DNA of 20,318 bases from a bacterium. GTDB lineage: Bacteria > UBA6262 > WVXT01. Both the position numbers and the translations under genes were made by a program. Below the pieces are notes generated by a model that did not search any database, had not been told where the DNA came from, and saw only the letters and a list, made by a program, of their open reading frames with translations. The first letter of the stretch is position 1, and each line of letters begins with the position of its first letter. Positions 1 to 8,456 of the stretch are shown here, piece after piece. Location of the stretch: assembly GCA_046759165.1 (NCBI GenBank), contig JBHIBS010000027.1:1-20318 (forward strand), in the 5' to 3' direction.

Positions 1-1
1 C

Positions 2-28
2 GCCTGCGAGTCGGTGAGCAGGCAGGTC
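2..28. repeat. Partial copy (second hairpin only, cut by the window edge) of double-hairpin element A
   Basis: GCCTGC-GAGTCGGTGA-GCAGGC followed by AGGTC. It has the same 10-nt GAGNYGGTGA loop and 6-bp stem geometry as 14464-14485 and 20207-20228. Confidence 0.75.
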
Positions 29-60
29 ACCGAGTGAAGCGAAGCGAAAGGAGGGGAGGA

Positions 61-975
61 TTGAAAGGGAAAAGTATTGTACTTATTCTGGTATTACTGG
101 TTCTTGGTCTGGTCACCTACAGGGTAGTAGAGTATAACATAGCAAAAAGAAGCATAAAGGAATCTCCGGAAGAAAAGGTCACTTCAATTAAGACTGTTCG
201 GTCGACAAGAGGAGATATAGAAGAGATAATATCTCTCAACGGCGATATTCGCGGATTGAGGGAAGTGGACGTCTATACAAGGGTTTCGGGGAAGTTAATT
301 GAGAAGGTTAAGGAGGAGGGGCAGAATGTTAAAAAGGGCGAAGTCGTCGCTCTGATTGACCGCGATGAACCTGCTTTAGGATTTACAAAAGCGGAAGTGA
401 GAGCGCCTATTAGTGGGACGCTTATCAGATACTATGTTGATATAGGTGACTCCGTCATCCCTCAGGAACCAATGCCTCAGGAGCCCGTTCTGAATATTGC
501 TTATATGGATAAAGTTAGGATTGTGGTTAATGTGGGAGAGAAGGATATTTCTAAAGTGAGAAAAGGAGAGAAGGTACGCATCTCCGTCGATGCTTACCCG
601 GGAGAAAGTTTCCTGGGCACGGTTGTGAAAGTTGCTCCGGCGGTGGATCCCAGGAGTAGAAAACTGAAAGTTGAGCTGGAGATTGAGAACAAAGACCACA
701 GGTTGAAGCCGGGAATGTTTGCTGATGTAGAGATAATATATAGGGAACATAGGAATGTATTGGTTGTACCCAGAATTGCAGTTCTGGAAAGGGAAGGGAG
801 GAAGGTTCTGTTTACGGTTGAAGGTGATCGCGCTAATTTGAGAGAGGTCAGGACTGGGGTTAGTGACGGAGAGAAAATAGAGATTGTTGAGGGATTAACT
901 AAAGGGGAGAGTGTGATTGTCGAGGGCAATTATGGGTTGACTGATGGAGCAAAAGTAGAAGTGGGAGGCATCTGA
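61..975 (+). CDS. Efflux RND transporter periplasmic adaptor (membrane fusion protein)
   Basis: Single N-terminal TM anchor, lipoyl-like halves (RVSGKLIEKVKEEGQNVKKGE, VRAPISGT), LKPGMFADV and IVEGLTKGESVIVEG motifs. Its stop overlaps the permease start (TGATG). Start moved from GTG 34 to TTG 61 because GGAGG lies at 50-54. Confidence 0.92.
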   Translation: MKGKSIVLILVLLVLGLVTYRVVEYNIAKRSIKESPEEKVTSIKTVRSTRGDIEEIISLNGDIRGLREVDVYTRVSGKLIEKVKEEGQNVKKGEVVALIDRDEPALGFTKAEVRAPISGTLIRYYVDIGDSVIPQEPMPQEPVLNIAYMDKVRIVVNVGEKDISKVRKGEKVRISVDAYPGESFLGTVVKVAPAVDPRSRKLKVELEIENKDHRLKPGMFADVEIIYREHRNVLVVPRIAVLEREGRKVLFTVEGDRANLREVRTGVSDGEKIEIVEGLTKGESVIVEGNYGLTDGAKVEVGGI

Positions 976-3900
976 TGAAGCTACCTGAATTTTCTGTTGA
1001 GCGCCCGGTAACTATAACTATGCTCATTCTAATTGTTGTAGTGGTTGGTGCTATCTCTTTGAGCAATTTGGGGCTCGACCTGATGCCTGATATAACCTAT
1101 CCCGTGATGTCAGTAGTTACTTCCTACGAAGGTGTGGCTTCTGAAGAGATGGAGAACTTGGTGACAAAACCTATTGAGGAGGTGGTAGCTACTGTAAAGA
1201 ATGTGAAGAAGGTTAAGTCTTTTTCTCAGGAAGCCTTATCTGTGGTAATGGCGGAGTTTGAGTGGGGAGCCAATTTAGACCTGTTGGCTCAGGATATTAG
1301 GGACAGGCTGGATATGATTAGTGATTTTCTTCCCGAGGATATGGATAAACCAATAGTAGTGAAGTTTGACCCTTCTATGATGCCTGTAAGTGCATTTGGG
1401 ATTGTGGGAAAGAGGGACTTAAGAAGCCTTCGCCAGCTGACTAAAGATGTCTTTAAGGACAGCTTGGAACAGGTAGATGGAGTTGCCTCGGCAATGGTTT
1501 GGGGAGGAAGGGAGAGAGAGGTGAGAGTGGAAGTCGACCGGAAGAAGCTGGAGTCTTTAGGCCTTTCCTTAGGAGAGGTTAGCCGGAAACTGGCTCTGGA
1601 AAATCTCAACCTTCCAGCTGGTCACCTCAAATCAGGCTACCAGGAATATCTTCTGCGCACTGTAGGTGAATTTGAGTCTGTTGACGAGATCAGGGACATA
1701 GTGATTACTCTCAGAGGGAATGTTCCCATATATTTGAAGGATATTGCCACGGTTTCTGATACCTATCGAGATGTTCGTAGTTACGCCCGCACCAATAAAA
1801 GGAATAGCGTGCTGGTCGTAGTGAACAAGGAATCGGGAGCCAATACTGTGGCAGTTTCTAACGGTGTGAATAGAGCGCTTAAGGAGTTAAAAGGGAAACT
1901 TCCTCAAGATATAAAGTTCTATACTGTTTTCGACCAATCACGAATGATAAAGAGAATCCTTAAGGTGACTGGCTCAAATGCTATTTTAGGTGGTTTTCTG
2001 GCGGTTGTGATTCTCTTTCTTTTCTTGCATAATTTCCGTCCAACAATTGCCATAGCGTTAGCAATTCCCCTTTCTTTGATAGCCACTTTTATTCCTTTAT
2101 ATTTTCTCGGGTATACTCTCAACTTTATCACTATGATTGGAATTGCTCTGGGAGTAGGAATGATTGTGGATAATGGGATTGTGGTGATTGAGAACACTTT
2201 TCGCCATCTGAGCCTTGGTGAAGACTCGAGGATTTCGGCCAAATTAGGTGCCACTGAAGTGAGTAGGGCCATTACTACCTCAACTCTCACTACTGTGGCG
2301 GTCTTTCTACCGCTTCTATTCATAAAGGGAATTGCAGGGAAGCTCTTTACTCAGATGGCTCTAACCATATCTTTTGCCTTGGTTGCTTCCTTATTTGTGG
2401 CTCTGACTCTGGTGCCAATGATGGCTTCTAAGATTTTCAAGACAGGTCCAGCTAAAGGTTACGAGGTCAGTTTTGGGAGAAGAACTTTTAGTTATTTTAG
2501 AGAGAGATATAAAGGATTTTTACATAAGGTATTGGCTCGTCGGAAAAGAGTAGTCTTTTGGGCAATTATCCTCTTTTTAGTGAGTCTGGGTCTAATTCCC
2601 TTCATGGGGAAAGAGTTCTTTCCCAGTATAGACAATAATATGGCTTTTTCTATGGTAAAGATGCCTGTGGGAACCAATTTAGAGGAGACCGATAAGGTGG
2701 TCGGAAAGATTGAGGATATTATCCTGGCAGAGGAGGGTGTTCAGACTGTGGGTACTTACATTGGTCTCTCCGAGGGAACAAAACAGGATGCAGCTTTTGG
2801 TTGGGGGGCGACGGGAGTAAACGAAGCAGAAATTTTCATTCGCTTGGAAGATAAATTGAAGAGAAAACGCATTTCTAAAGAGATTGTTAATGATATTCGA
2901 GCTCAACTTCCCCAGATAGAAGGAGCTAAATATGAATTTATGGATATGGCTCAGTCGATGATTACGGGAGGAGGTGCTCGGGAGGCTTCTATTGAGCTTA
3001 AACTCTTTGGCAAAGACCTGGGGATACTGGAAAATGTTTCCCGAGTAATTATGGGAGCGATAGGGAAAATTGAGGGAGTCTATGATTTAGCAAGTTCCCT
3101 GGAGAAGGGAAGGCCAGAACTACAAATTATAATTGACCGTCAACGTGCATCCCAGCTGGGATTGACTGTTAGTCAAATTGCCTCTACATTGCAAACGGCG
3201 GTTCAGGGAAAGGTGGCTACATTGTTTCGCCAGGGAGGGGAAGAAGTTAATATCCGGGTCTCTCTTGATGAAAGGGGCAGAGGAAATCTCAAGGAGATTG
3301 AGAATATAATTCTTCCTTCTCCTCTGGGAGTGCTCGTGCGTTTGCAAGATGTTGCGGATATTCGAGAGGCTAGAGGACCGATAAGGTTGAATAGAGAGAA
3401 CCAGAAAAGAATGGTCTCTTTAACTGCTAATCTCGGTGGCAGACACTTGTCAAAGGTAATAAAGGATGTAAAGAATAAGATAAGAAGAGTTGCTTTCCCG
3501 GAGGGCTACTTTGTCGACTATGGAGGACAAGCTGAGAAGATGCGAGAGACATTTGTAAGTTTAAGTCAGATACTTATTTTGGCGGTGCTTTTAGTATTTA
3601 TGATTATGGCAGCACAATTTGAGTCTTTTACCCAGCCATTGGTTATTATGTTTACTGTTCCCCTCGCTTTAATTGGAGTTATCTTGGCTATTGTCATCAG
3701 CGGAAAGACTCTCTCCCTTCCCTCAGGTATAGGAGTAGTTGTCCTTGCTGGAATTATAGTAAATAATGGTATTGTTATGATTGATTACGTTAACCAATTG
3801 CGTAAGAAAGGAATGGAGAAGATGGAAGCAATCATCGAGGGTGCGGGGACGAGATTACGTCCGATTCTAATGACTGCTTCTACTACTATTCTGGCGATAC

Positions 3901-4037
3901 TTCCGCTAGCTATTAACCGTGCCGAAGGTTCAGCAGCGCGCTCGGTGGTAGCTGTCTCTATAATGGGTGGATTGCTTGTCGGGTCTATTCTCACGCTGAT
4001 AGTCATTCCCGCTCTTTATAGTCTATTCGAAAAGTGA
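975..4037 (+). CDS. Efflux RND transporter permease (AcrB/AcrD/AcrF family)
   Basis: 1020 aa with the two-repeat RND topology. Motifs include ERPVT, GMIVDNGIVVIEN, TTVAVFLP, GIIVNNGIVMID and TRLRPILMT. Confidence 0.96.
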   Translation: MKLPEFSVERPVTITMLILIVVVVGAISLSNLGLDLMPDITYPVMSVVTSYEGVASEEMENLVTKPIEEVVATVKNVKKVKSFSQEALSVVMAEFEWGANLDLLAQDIRDRLDMISDFLPEDMDKPIVVKFDPSMMPVSAFGIVGKRDLRSLRQLTKDVFKDSLEQVDGVASAMVWGGREREVRVEVDRKKLESLGLSLGEVSRKLALENLNLPAGHLKSGYQEYLLRTVGEFESVDEIRDIVITLRGNVPIYLKDIATVSDTYRDVRSYARTNKRNSVLVVVNKESGANTVAVSNGVNRALKELKGKLPQDIKFYTVFDQSRMIKRILKVTGSNAILGGFLAVVILFLFLHNFRPTIAIALAIPLSLIATFIPLYFLGYTLNFITMIGIALGVGMIVDNGIVVIENTFRHLSLGEDSRISAKLGATEVSRAITTSTLTTVAVFLPLLFIKGIAGKLFTQMALTISFALVASLFVALTLVPMMASKIFKTGPAKGYEVSFGRRTFSYFRERYKGFLHKVLARRKRVVFWAIILFLVSLGLIPFMGKEFFPSIDNNMAFSMVKMPVGTNLEETDKVVGKIEDIILAEEGVQTVGTYIGLSEGTKQDAAFGWGATGVNEAEIFIRLEDKLKRKRISKEIVNDIRAQLPQIEGAKYEFMDMAQSMITGGGAREASIELKLFGKDLGILENVSRVIMGAIGKIEGVYDLASSLEKGRPELQIIIDRQRASQLGLTVSQIASTLQTAVQGKVATLFRQGGEEVNIRVSLDERGRGNLKEIENIILPSPLGVLVRLQDVADIREARGPIRLNRENQKRMVSLTANLGGRHLSKVIKDVKNKIRRVAFPEGYFVDYGGQAEKMRETFVSLSQILILAVLLVFMIMAAQFESFTQPLVIMFTVPLALIGVILAIVISGKTLSLPSGIGVVVLAGIIVNNGIVMIDYVNQLRKKGMEKMEAIIEGAGTRLRPILMTASTTILAILPLAINRAEGSAARSVVAVSIMGGLLVGSILTLIVIPALYSLFEK

Positions 4038-4041
4038 TAAA

Positions 4042-4947
4042 TTAAAAATCTAGAAATATGGCGGTTCCTAAGAGGTTTCTCTTTTCATTATAGAATTGTC
4101 CTCTCCAATCGTTCCCCCTGTAGTAAACAAAAGTGACCCTGAAGTTCTTTTTCGCAGTCAATTTGGTTCCTACCTGAAGGCTAAAATCACAGGATTGATT
4201 AAAATCTCCTCTTATTTGGAGATCCAAAGCAGCATATGGATTGAACAAGTGCTTTATTAAAGGCAGCGTTTCCAGTTCGATTCCCCATTGGAGTGAAAGA
4301 GGAGAAGATGGTTCTGGTTGTCCGTGCAAGAGTAAAGAGGTTCCAGCATAAAGTCTAACGTTAAGAATTTCATAGAAGAGAACTACTTTTGCAAATTCTC
4401 GACTATAGATTATGGCTTTGCGGTTGGCTTTTTCAGTAAGGTGGCTTGATATATGACTGAACTGAAGCCTGGCAGAGAAGGGACCCCTTCTGAAGTCGAT
4501 GGGAAAAGTGCCAAAGAGGTCTACAGTCTTTAATATAAATGTGAGTCCTCTCCACTCCCCTGAGGTAAGAGCGCATCCTCCCAGCCCGACGCGAAGTTGG
4601 TATTCCAGTTTATTAACTCCACTTTCAGGAGAGACCCTATATTTGGTTAATTCGGCTAACTTTGCTATATGTCCTATGTATCCATCGAATCCAACATATT
4701 TAGATCCCTCTTCCTTATATATTACAGTACCAAATTTTACCTCTCCTGGATCGGCAAGCAAATTTCTAAAGCTCGCACCAGAAGGAAAGAGTTCCCATTT
4801 AAAAGAGTAGTTACTCCGGCTTTCCGTGATTTCTCCAGCAGCATAAAGGGAGTGATTAAAGCAGAAAAAAACAGAGAGAAAATAACAAATCAGTAAAAAT
4901 CTACAAATAGCTCTTTCCATTTTTTTAATTCTATAATTTAACGCCAT
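4042..4947 (-). CDS. DUF1207-like exported protein, probably an outer-membrane beta-barrel
   Basis: Signal-peptide-like N-terminus (..HSLYA), motifs FRNLLADP-E, HISSHL and YSRE recalled from DUF1207, alternating beta-strand pattern and C-terminal Phe. The start may be ATG 4920. Confidence 0.7.
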   Translation of the reverse strand: MALNYRIKKMERAICRFLLICYFLSVFFCFNHSLYAAGEITESRSNYSFKWELFPSGASFRNLLADPGEVKFGTVIYKEEGSKYVGFDGYIGHIAKLAELTKYRVSPESGVNKLEYQLRVGLGGCALTSGEWRGLTFILKTVDLFGTFPIDFRRGPFSARLQFSHISSHLTEKANRKAIIYSREFAKVVLFYEILNVRLYAGTSLLLHGQPEPSSPLSLQWGIELETLPLIKHLFNPYAALDLQIRGDFNQSCDFSLQVGTKLTAKKNFRVTFVYYRGNDWRGQFYNEKRNLLGTAIFLDF

Positions 4948-5061
4948 AAGTAATTATATTCAAAATTTAAAAATTTGCAACAAAAAATGGAATTTTTCTG
5001 AACACCAAATCTAAAGCGATGAAGAGATCTTTTCGGAGCTCCCAAACGGGCCAATGAGTTG

Positions 5062-5090
5062 TTGACAAAAGAGGATAATTGTGTTATAAA
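5062..5090 (+). promoter_or_regulatory. Sigma70-type promoter for the CDF-NSS operon
   Basis: TTGACA (5062-5067), a 17-nt spacer, then TATAAA (5085-5090) with an extended -10 TGn. Confidence 0.8.
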
Positions 5091-5120
5091 TAAAACAAAA
5101 ATTTAGAGAGTGAAATAATT

Positions 5121-6245
5121 ATGTATTCATTAGAACAAAGATTCAGAAAAGGTAAAATAGTGAGCTGGACCGGCCTTTGGGTAAACGTCTTTTTAACTTT
5201 ATTTAAGATATTTGCCGGAATTTCGGGAAGGAGCCAGGCGATGCTTTCTGATGGTTTCCATTCTCTTTCAGATATTTTTGCTGGCATATTAGCTTTAACC
5301 AGTTTGAAAATTTCTGAAAAGCCCGTTGATAAAGACCACCCTTATGGACACGGAAAAGCCGAATCAATAGCAGCACTTTTTATCAGTTTCATGTTGTTCG
5401 GAATGTCCATAGTGCTTTCTTATCGTGCACTGAGCGCTATTTTTTTAAAGATTAAGATTGTGCCAGGCCTTTTGCCTCTATGGGCTGCTTTGGTTTCCAT
5501 TGCAGTCAAAGAATCGTTATTCAGATATGCTTATTATATAGGCAAAAAATTTGACAATTTAGTCATCTTGGCCAGCGCCCATGATCACCGTGCTGATGCA
5601 CTTTCTTCTGTAGCAGCTTTGGTTGGGATAACAGGTGCCAGACTTGGATACACTTTCCTCGACCCTCTGGCTGGCTTCGTTGTTGCAGTGTTCATTTTTA
5701 AGATGGGAATAGACATTCTTGGCTCATCTATGAGAGAACTGATGGACACTTCTCTTCCAGAAGATTTTATTGACGAAATTAAAAAGGTCACATTGAGTAT
5801 AGATGGGGTAAAAGAAATCGATGATATCAGGACGCGTCGCATAGGTTGGAGAAATTCAATAGATTTGAGCGTTGAAATTGACGCCCATTTGTCTATAGAG
5901 GAAGGGCATCGGATTTCCAATCAAATCGAGGAATTGCTACTTCAGAAGTTGAAAAATATTGGTAACATAATGATTCATATAAATCCAAGAGCTGAAGATA
6001 GAGAAAAAAAGAATAAAAAGCTAGAAATTATCACCAGGATTTTACAGAGGCACTACTATAAATTTGTAAATTTTCATGATTTATCCATAGTAAGAAAAGG
6101 GAGCGAACAGCAGGCTTATCTCCATCTTGTCTTGGCGAGGAAAATTAGCGTTGAACAAGCTCACCGGATATGCGACCACCTGGAAAAGGATATAAAGAGG
6201 GAACTCCCTAATCTTAAAGTGCTAATCCACGTGGAGCCCGCATAA
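5121..6245 (+). CDS. Cation diffusion facilitator (FieF-like) with a second C-terminal dimerisation domain
   Basis: SDGFHSLSD, HPYGHGKAE and HDHRAD motifs. Two cytoplasmic domains end in IMIHINP and VLIHVEP. Confidence 0.93.
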   Translation: MYSLEQRFRKGKIVSWTGLWVNVFLTLFKIFAGISGRSQAMLSDGFHSLSDIFAGILALTSLKISEKPVDKDHPYGHGKAESIAALFISFMLFGMSIVLSYRALSAIFLKIKIVPGLLPLWAALVSIAVKESLFRYAYYIGKKFDNLVILASAHDHRADALSSVAALVGITGARLGYTFLDPLAGFVVAVFIFKMGIDILGSSMRELMDTSLPEDFIDEIKKVTLSIDGVKEIDDIRTRRIGWRNSIDLSVEIDAHLSIEEGHRISNQIEELLLQKLKNIGNIMIHINPRAEDREKKNKKLEIITRILQRHYYKFVNFHDLSIVRKGSEQQAYLHLVLARKISVEQAHRICDHLEKDIKRELPNLKVLIHVEPA

Positions 6246-6259
6246 GCAAGAGGTGAAAA

Positions 6260-7813
6260 ATGGCAGAGATCAATAAATCACGGGAAACGTGGAGAACAAA
6301 GATTGGGATTATCCTTGCAGTTGCCGGCTCGGCAGTCGGGATAGGGAACTTTTTGCGTTTTCCCGTCCAGGCAGTCCAGAATGGCGGTGGCGCATTTATG
6401 ATACCGTACTTTATTTCTTTTCTCCTTCTTGGGATCCCTTTAATGTGGATAGAGTGGACTGCTGGCAGATTCGGTGGAGGATTCGGCCATGGCACAGCCC
6501 CGGGTATTTTCCATTCGATGTGGCAGAAGAACCGTTTCATTAAATATTTTGGTGTTATAGGCATTTTTGGTCCTATTCTCATCTTCATATATTATACCTA
6601 TGTTGAGTCGTGGTTACTGGGTTATGCATTTTTTTCTATCACCGCGCGCTACGCTTCAGCAACCACACAGCAGGCGATGCAATCGTTTCTACAAGGTTAC
6701 CAGGGGTTGCAATCGAACGAGTATTTTCGTAGTATTGGCTGGGCATATCTATTTTTCATAATTGCATTTTCATTAAATATCTTCGTAATTTATTATGGCA
6801 TTCGTAAAGGGATAGAAAAATTATGTAATTGGGCAATGCCCATACTATTAATCTGTGGAATTATCCTGGCTGTTCGTGTGTTAACTTTGGGAATACCCGA
6901 TTTATCAAGGCCGGACTGGAACTTACTTAATGGATTGGGATTTCTGTGGAATCCAAATTTTGCCGCTTTAAAGAGCGCCAAGGTTTGGCTTGCTGCTGCT
7001 GGTCAGATATTCTTCACTCTCAGTGTTGGAATTGGCGTAATTCTTACTTATGCGAGTTATTTGACTAAGCGGGATGATGTTGCTCTTTCTGGATTAACTG
7101 CGGCAGCAACAAATGAATTTGCTGAAGTTATTTTGGGCGCAAGCATCGTTATTCCGGCAGCTTTTGTATTCTTTGGTTCTCGCGAGATTGTAAATATTGC
7201 TCAAAGTGGGGCCTTCAATTTAAGTTTCGTTACTATGCCGCTAATTTTTCAGAGGATTCCTCTGGGTGCAATCTTTGCTTTTTTGTGGTTTACACTTCTC
7301 TTTTTGGCTGGTGTGACTTCCAGCGTTTCTTTGGCCCAGCCTGGGATAAGCTTTTTGGAAGACGAGTTCGATATAACCAAGAAGAAATCAGCAACTATAT
7401 TTGGAGTAGTTACATTTATTCTTTGCCAACCATCTATTTTTTTACTAGGAAAAGGAGTGTTGAATGAACTCGATTTTTGGGGAGGGACATTTTGTCTGGT
7501 GCTTTTTGCTACTATTGAGACGATAGTGTTTGCTTGGATTTTTGGCATCGACCGTGCCTGGGAAGAGATTCATCACGGAGCAGATATTGTTATTCCCAAA
7601 TTCTATAAGTTTATCATCAAATATATCACTCCACTATTTTTGCTTTTCATCCTTGGATTCTGGCTAGTTAAGGAAGGATTACCTACGATAACAATGAAGA
7701 ATATCACTCCAGAGCAATATCCATACGTTTTATTCATAAGGGTCTTAATACTAATAATATTTATAGCCTTAACAATTTCTGTAGCATACGCATGGAAGAA
7801 GAGGAAAAAATGA
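6260..7813 (+). CDS. Sodium-dependent amino-acid transporter, NSS/SLC6 family, close LeuT homologue
   Basis: AGSAVGIGNFLRFPVQA, GGGAFMIPY, GIPLMWIEW, GQIFFTLS, LSGLTAA and DFWGGT are collinear with Aquifex LeuT as I recall it. Confidence 0.95.
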   Translation: MAEINKSRETWRTKIGIILAVAGSAVGIGNFLRFPVQAVQNGGGAFMIPYFISFLLLGIPLMWIEWTAGRFGGGFGHGTAPGIFHSMWQKNRFIKYFGVIGIFGPILIFIYYTYVESWLLGYAFFSITARYASATTQQAMQSFLQGYQGLQSNEYFRSIGWAYLFFIIAFSLNIFVIYYGIRKGIEKLCNWAMPILLICGIILAVRVLTLGIPDLSRPDWNLLNGLGFLWNPNFAALKSAKVWLAAAGQIFFTLSVGIGVILTYASYLTKRDDVALSGLTAAATNEFAEVILGASIVIPAAFVFFGSREIVNIAQSGAFNLSFVTMPLIFQRIPLGAIFAFLWFTLLFLAGVTSSVSLAQPGISFLEDEFDITKKKSATIFGVVTFILCQPSIFLLGKGVLNELDFWGGTFCLVLFATIETIVFAWIFGIDRAWEEIHHGADIVIPKFYKFIIKYITPLFLLFILGFWLVKEGLPTITMKNITPEQYPYVLFIRVLILIIFIALTISVAYAWKKRKK

Positions 7814-7905
7814 CAAGTTCGGGTTGGTTTTTTCTGGTCTTTTCTTGGTCAGTCATATTTCTTCTTTTGATATTCTGTTTTTATCATATCTTAAGAAAGA
7901 AATAA
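7810..7905 (+). CDS. 31-aa single-TM peptide, putative NSS transporter small subunit (MetS-like)
   Basis: ATGA overlap with the NSS stop and a GAGG upstream. It translates to MTSSGWFFLVFSWSVIFLLLIFCFYHILRKK and lies before the terminator. Not in the ORF track because it is too short. Confidence 0.75.
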   Translation: MTSSGWFFLVFSWSVIFLLLIFCFYHILRKK

Positions 7906-7935
7906 ATTCTTAAAGGTAATTCAAAAACGTTAATT

Positions 7936-7971
7936 AACCGCCCATTTTATAAACAGGGCGGTTTCTTATTT
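7936..7971 (+). terminator. Intrinsic terminator of the CDF-NSS operon
   Basis: AACCGCCC / GGGCGGTT 8-bp stem followed by TCTTATTT. Confidence 0.65.
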
Positions 7972-7974
7972 GGG

Positions 7975-8003
7975 TTGACAAAGGCATTTAAATCTGGTAT
8001 AAA
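7975..8003 (+). promoter_or_regulatory. Sigma70-type promoter for the tRNA cluster, possibly continuing into tig
   Basis: TTGACA (7975-7980), 17 nt, then TATAAA (7998-8003) with TGn. Confidence 0.8.
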
Positions 8004-8107
8004 TTAGACGACAACTTCTTATTTTTCTATTTCAGCAATAGCTTAGGTAAGTAAATAGAAAAATTACTATTGTTCCCTGCTGGCCCATAAGGAGGAGGGG
8101 GTTGATA

Positions 8108-8160
8108 GTCTCGATTTTCCATCGAGACACTTGAGAGGATTCCACGGAGTGGAAGCTGAT
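8108..8160 (+). repeat. tRNA-abutting two-hairpin element B, copy 1
   Basis: GTCTCGAT/ATCGAGAC hairpin, ACTTGAGAGG linker, TTCCAC-GGA-GTGGAA hairpin, then GCTGAT and the tRNA. 23/32 identical to 16173-16204. Confidence 0.7.
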
Positions 8161-8237
<77 letters not shown>

Positions 8238-8271
8238 GATAAGACAAGGGAGTTTTAAATATATATCTTTT

Positions 8272-8344
8272 GGGCCATTAGCTCAACAGGTAGAGCAACT
8301 GCCTCTTAAGCAGGAGGTTGGAGGTTCGATTCCTCCATGGCCCA
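8272..8344 (+). tRNA. tRNA-Lys(CUU), CCA not encoded
   Basis: GGGCCAT/ATGGCCC acceptor stem, anticodon loop CT-CTT-AA, GGAGG-TTCGATT-CCTCC T-arm. Confidence 0.93.
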
Positions 8345-8347
8345 CTT

Positions 8348-8438
8348 GCCGCGGTGGTGAAATTGGCAAACACGCTAGGCTTAGGACCTGGTCTCCAATT
8401 ATATGGAGTTGAGAGTTCGAATCTCTCCCGCGGCACCA
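8348..8438 (+). tRNA. tRNA-Leu(UAG)
   Basis: GCCGCGG/CCGCGGC acceptor stem, CTAGG-CT-TAG-GA-CCTGG anticodon arm, long variable arm (CTCCA..TGGAG), A discriminator plus CCA. Confidence 0.93.
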
Positions 8439-8456
8439 CCTAGGGTCAAAATCGCT

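Noticed and set aside
2160-2200. RND TM4 has DN rather than the DD of AcrB, and TM10 lacks the Lys
   Set aside because: The VDN.IVV.EN / VNN.IV pattern is common in this RND subfamily and is not evidence of inactivation or novelty.
8023-8063. TTTTTCTATTT / AAATAGAAAAA inverted repeat in the tRNA leader
   Set aside because: It is real but AT-rich, low-complexity and single-copy, so no function can be supported.
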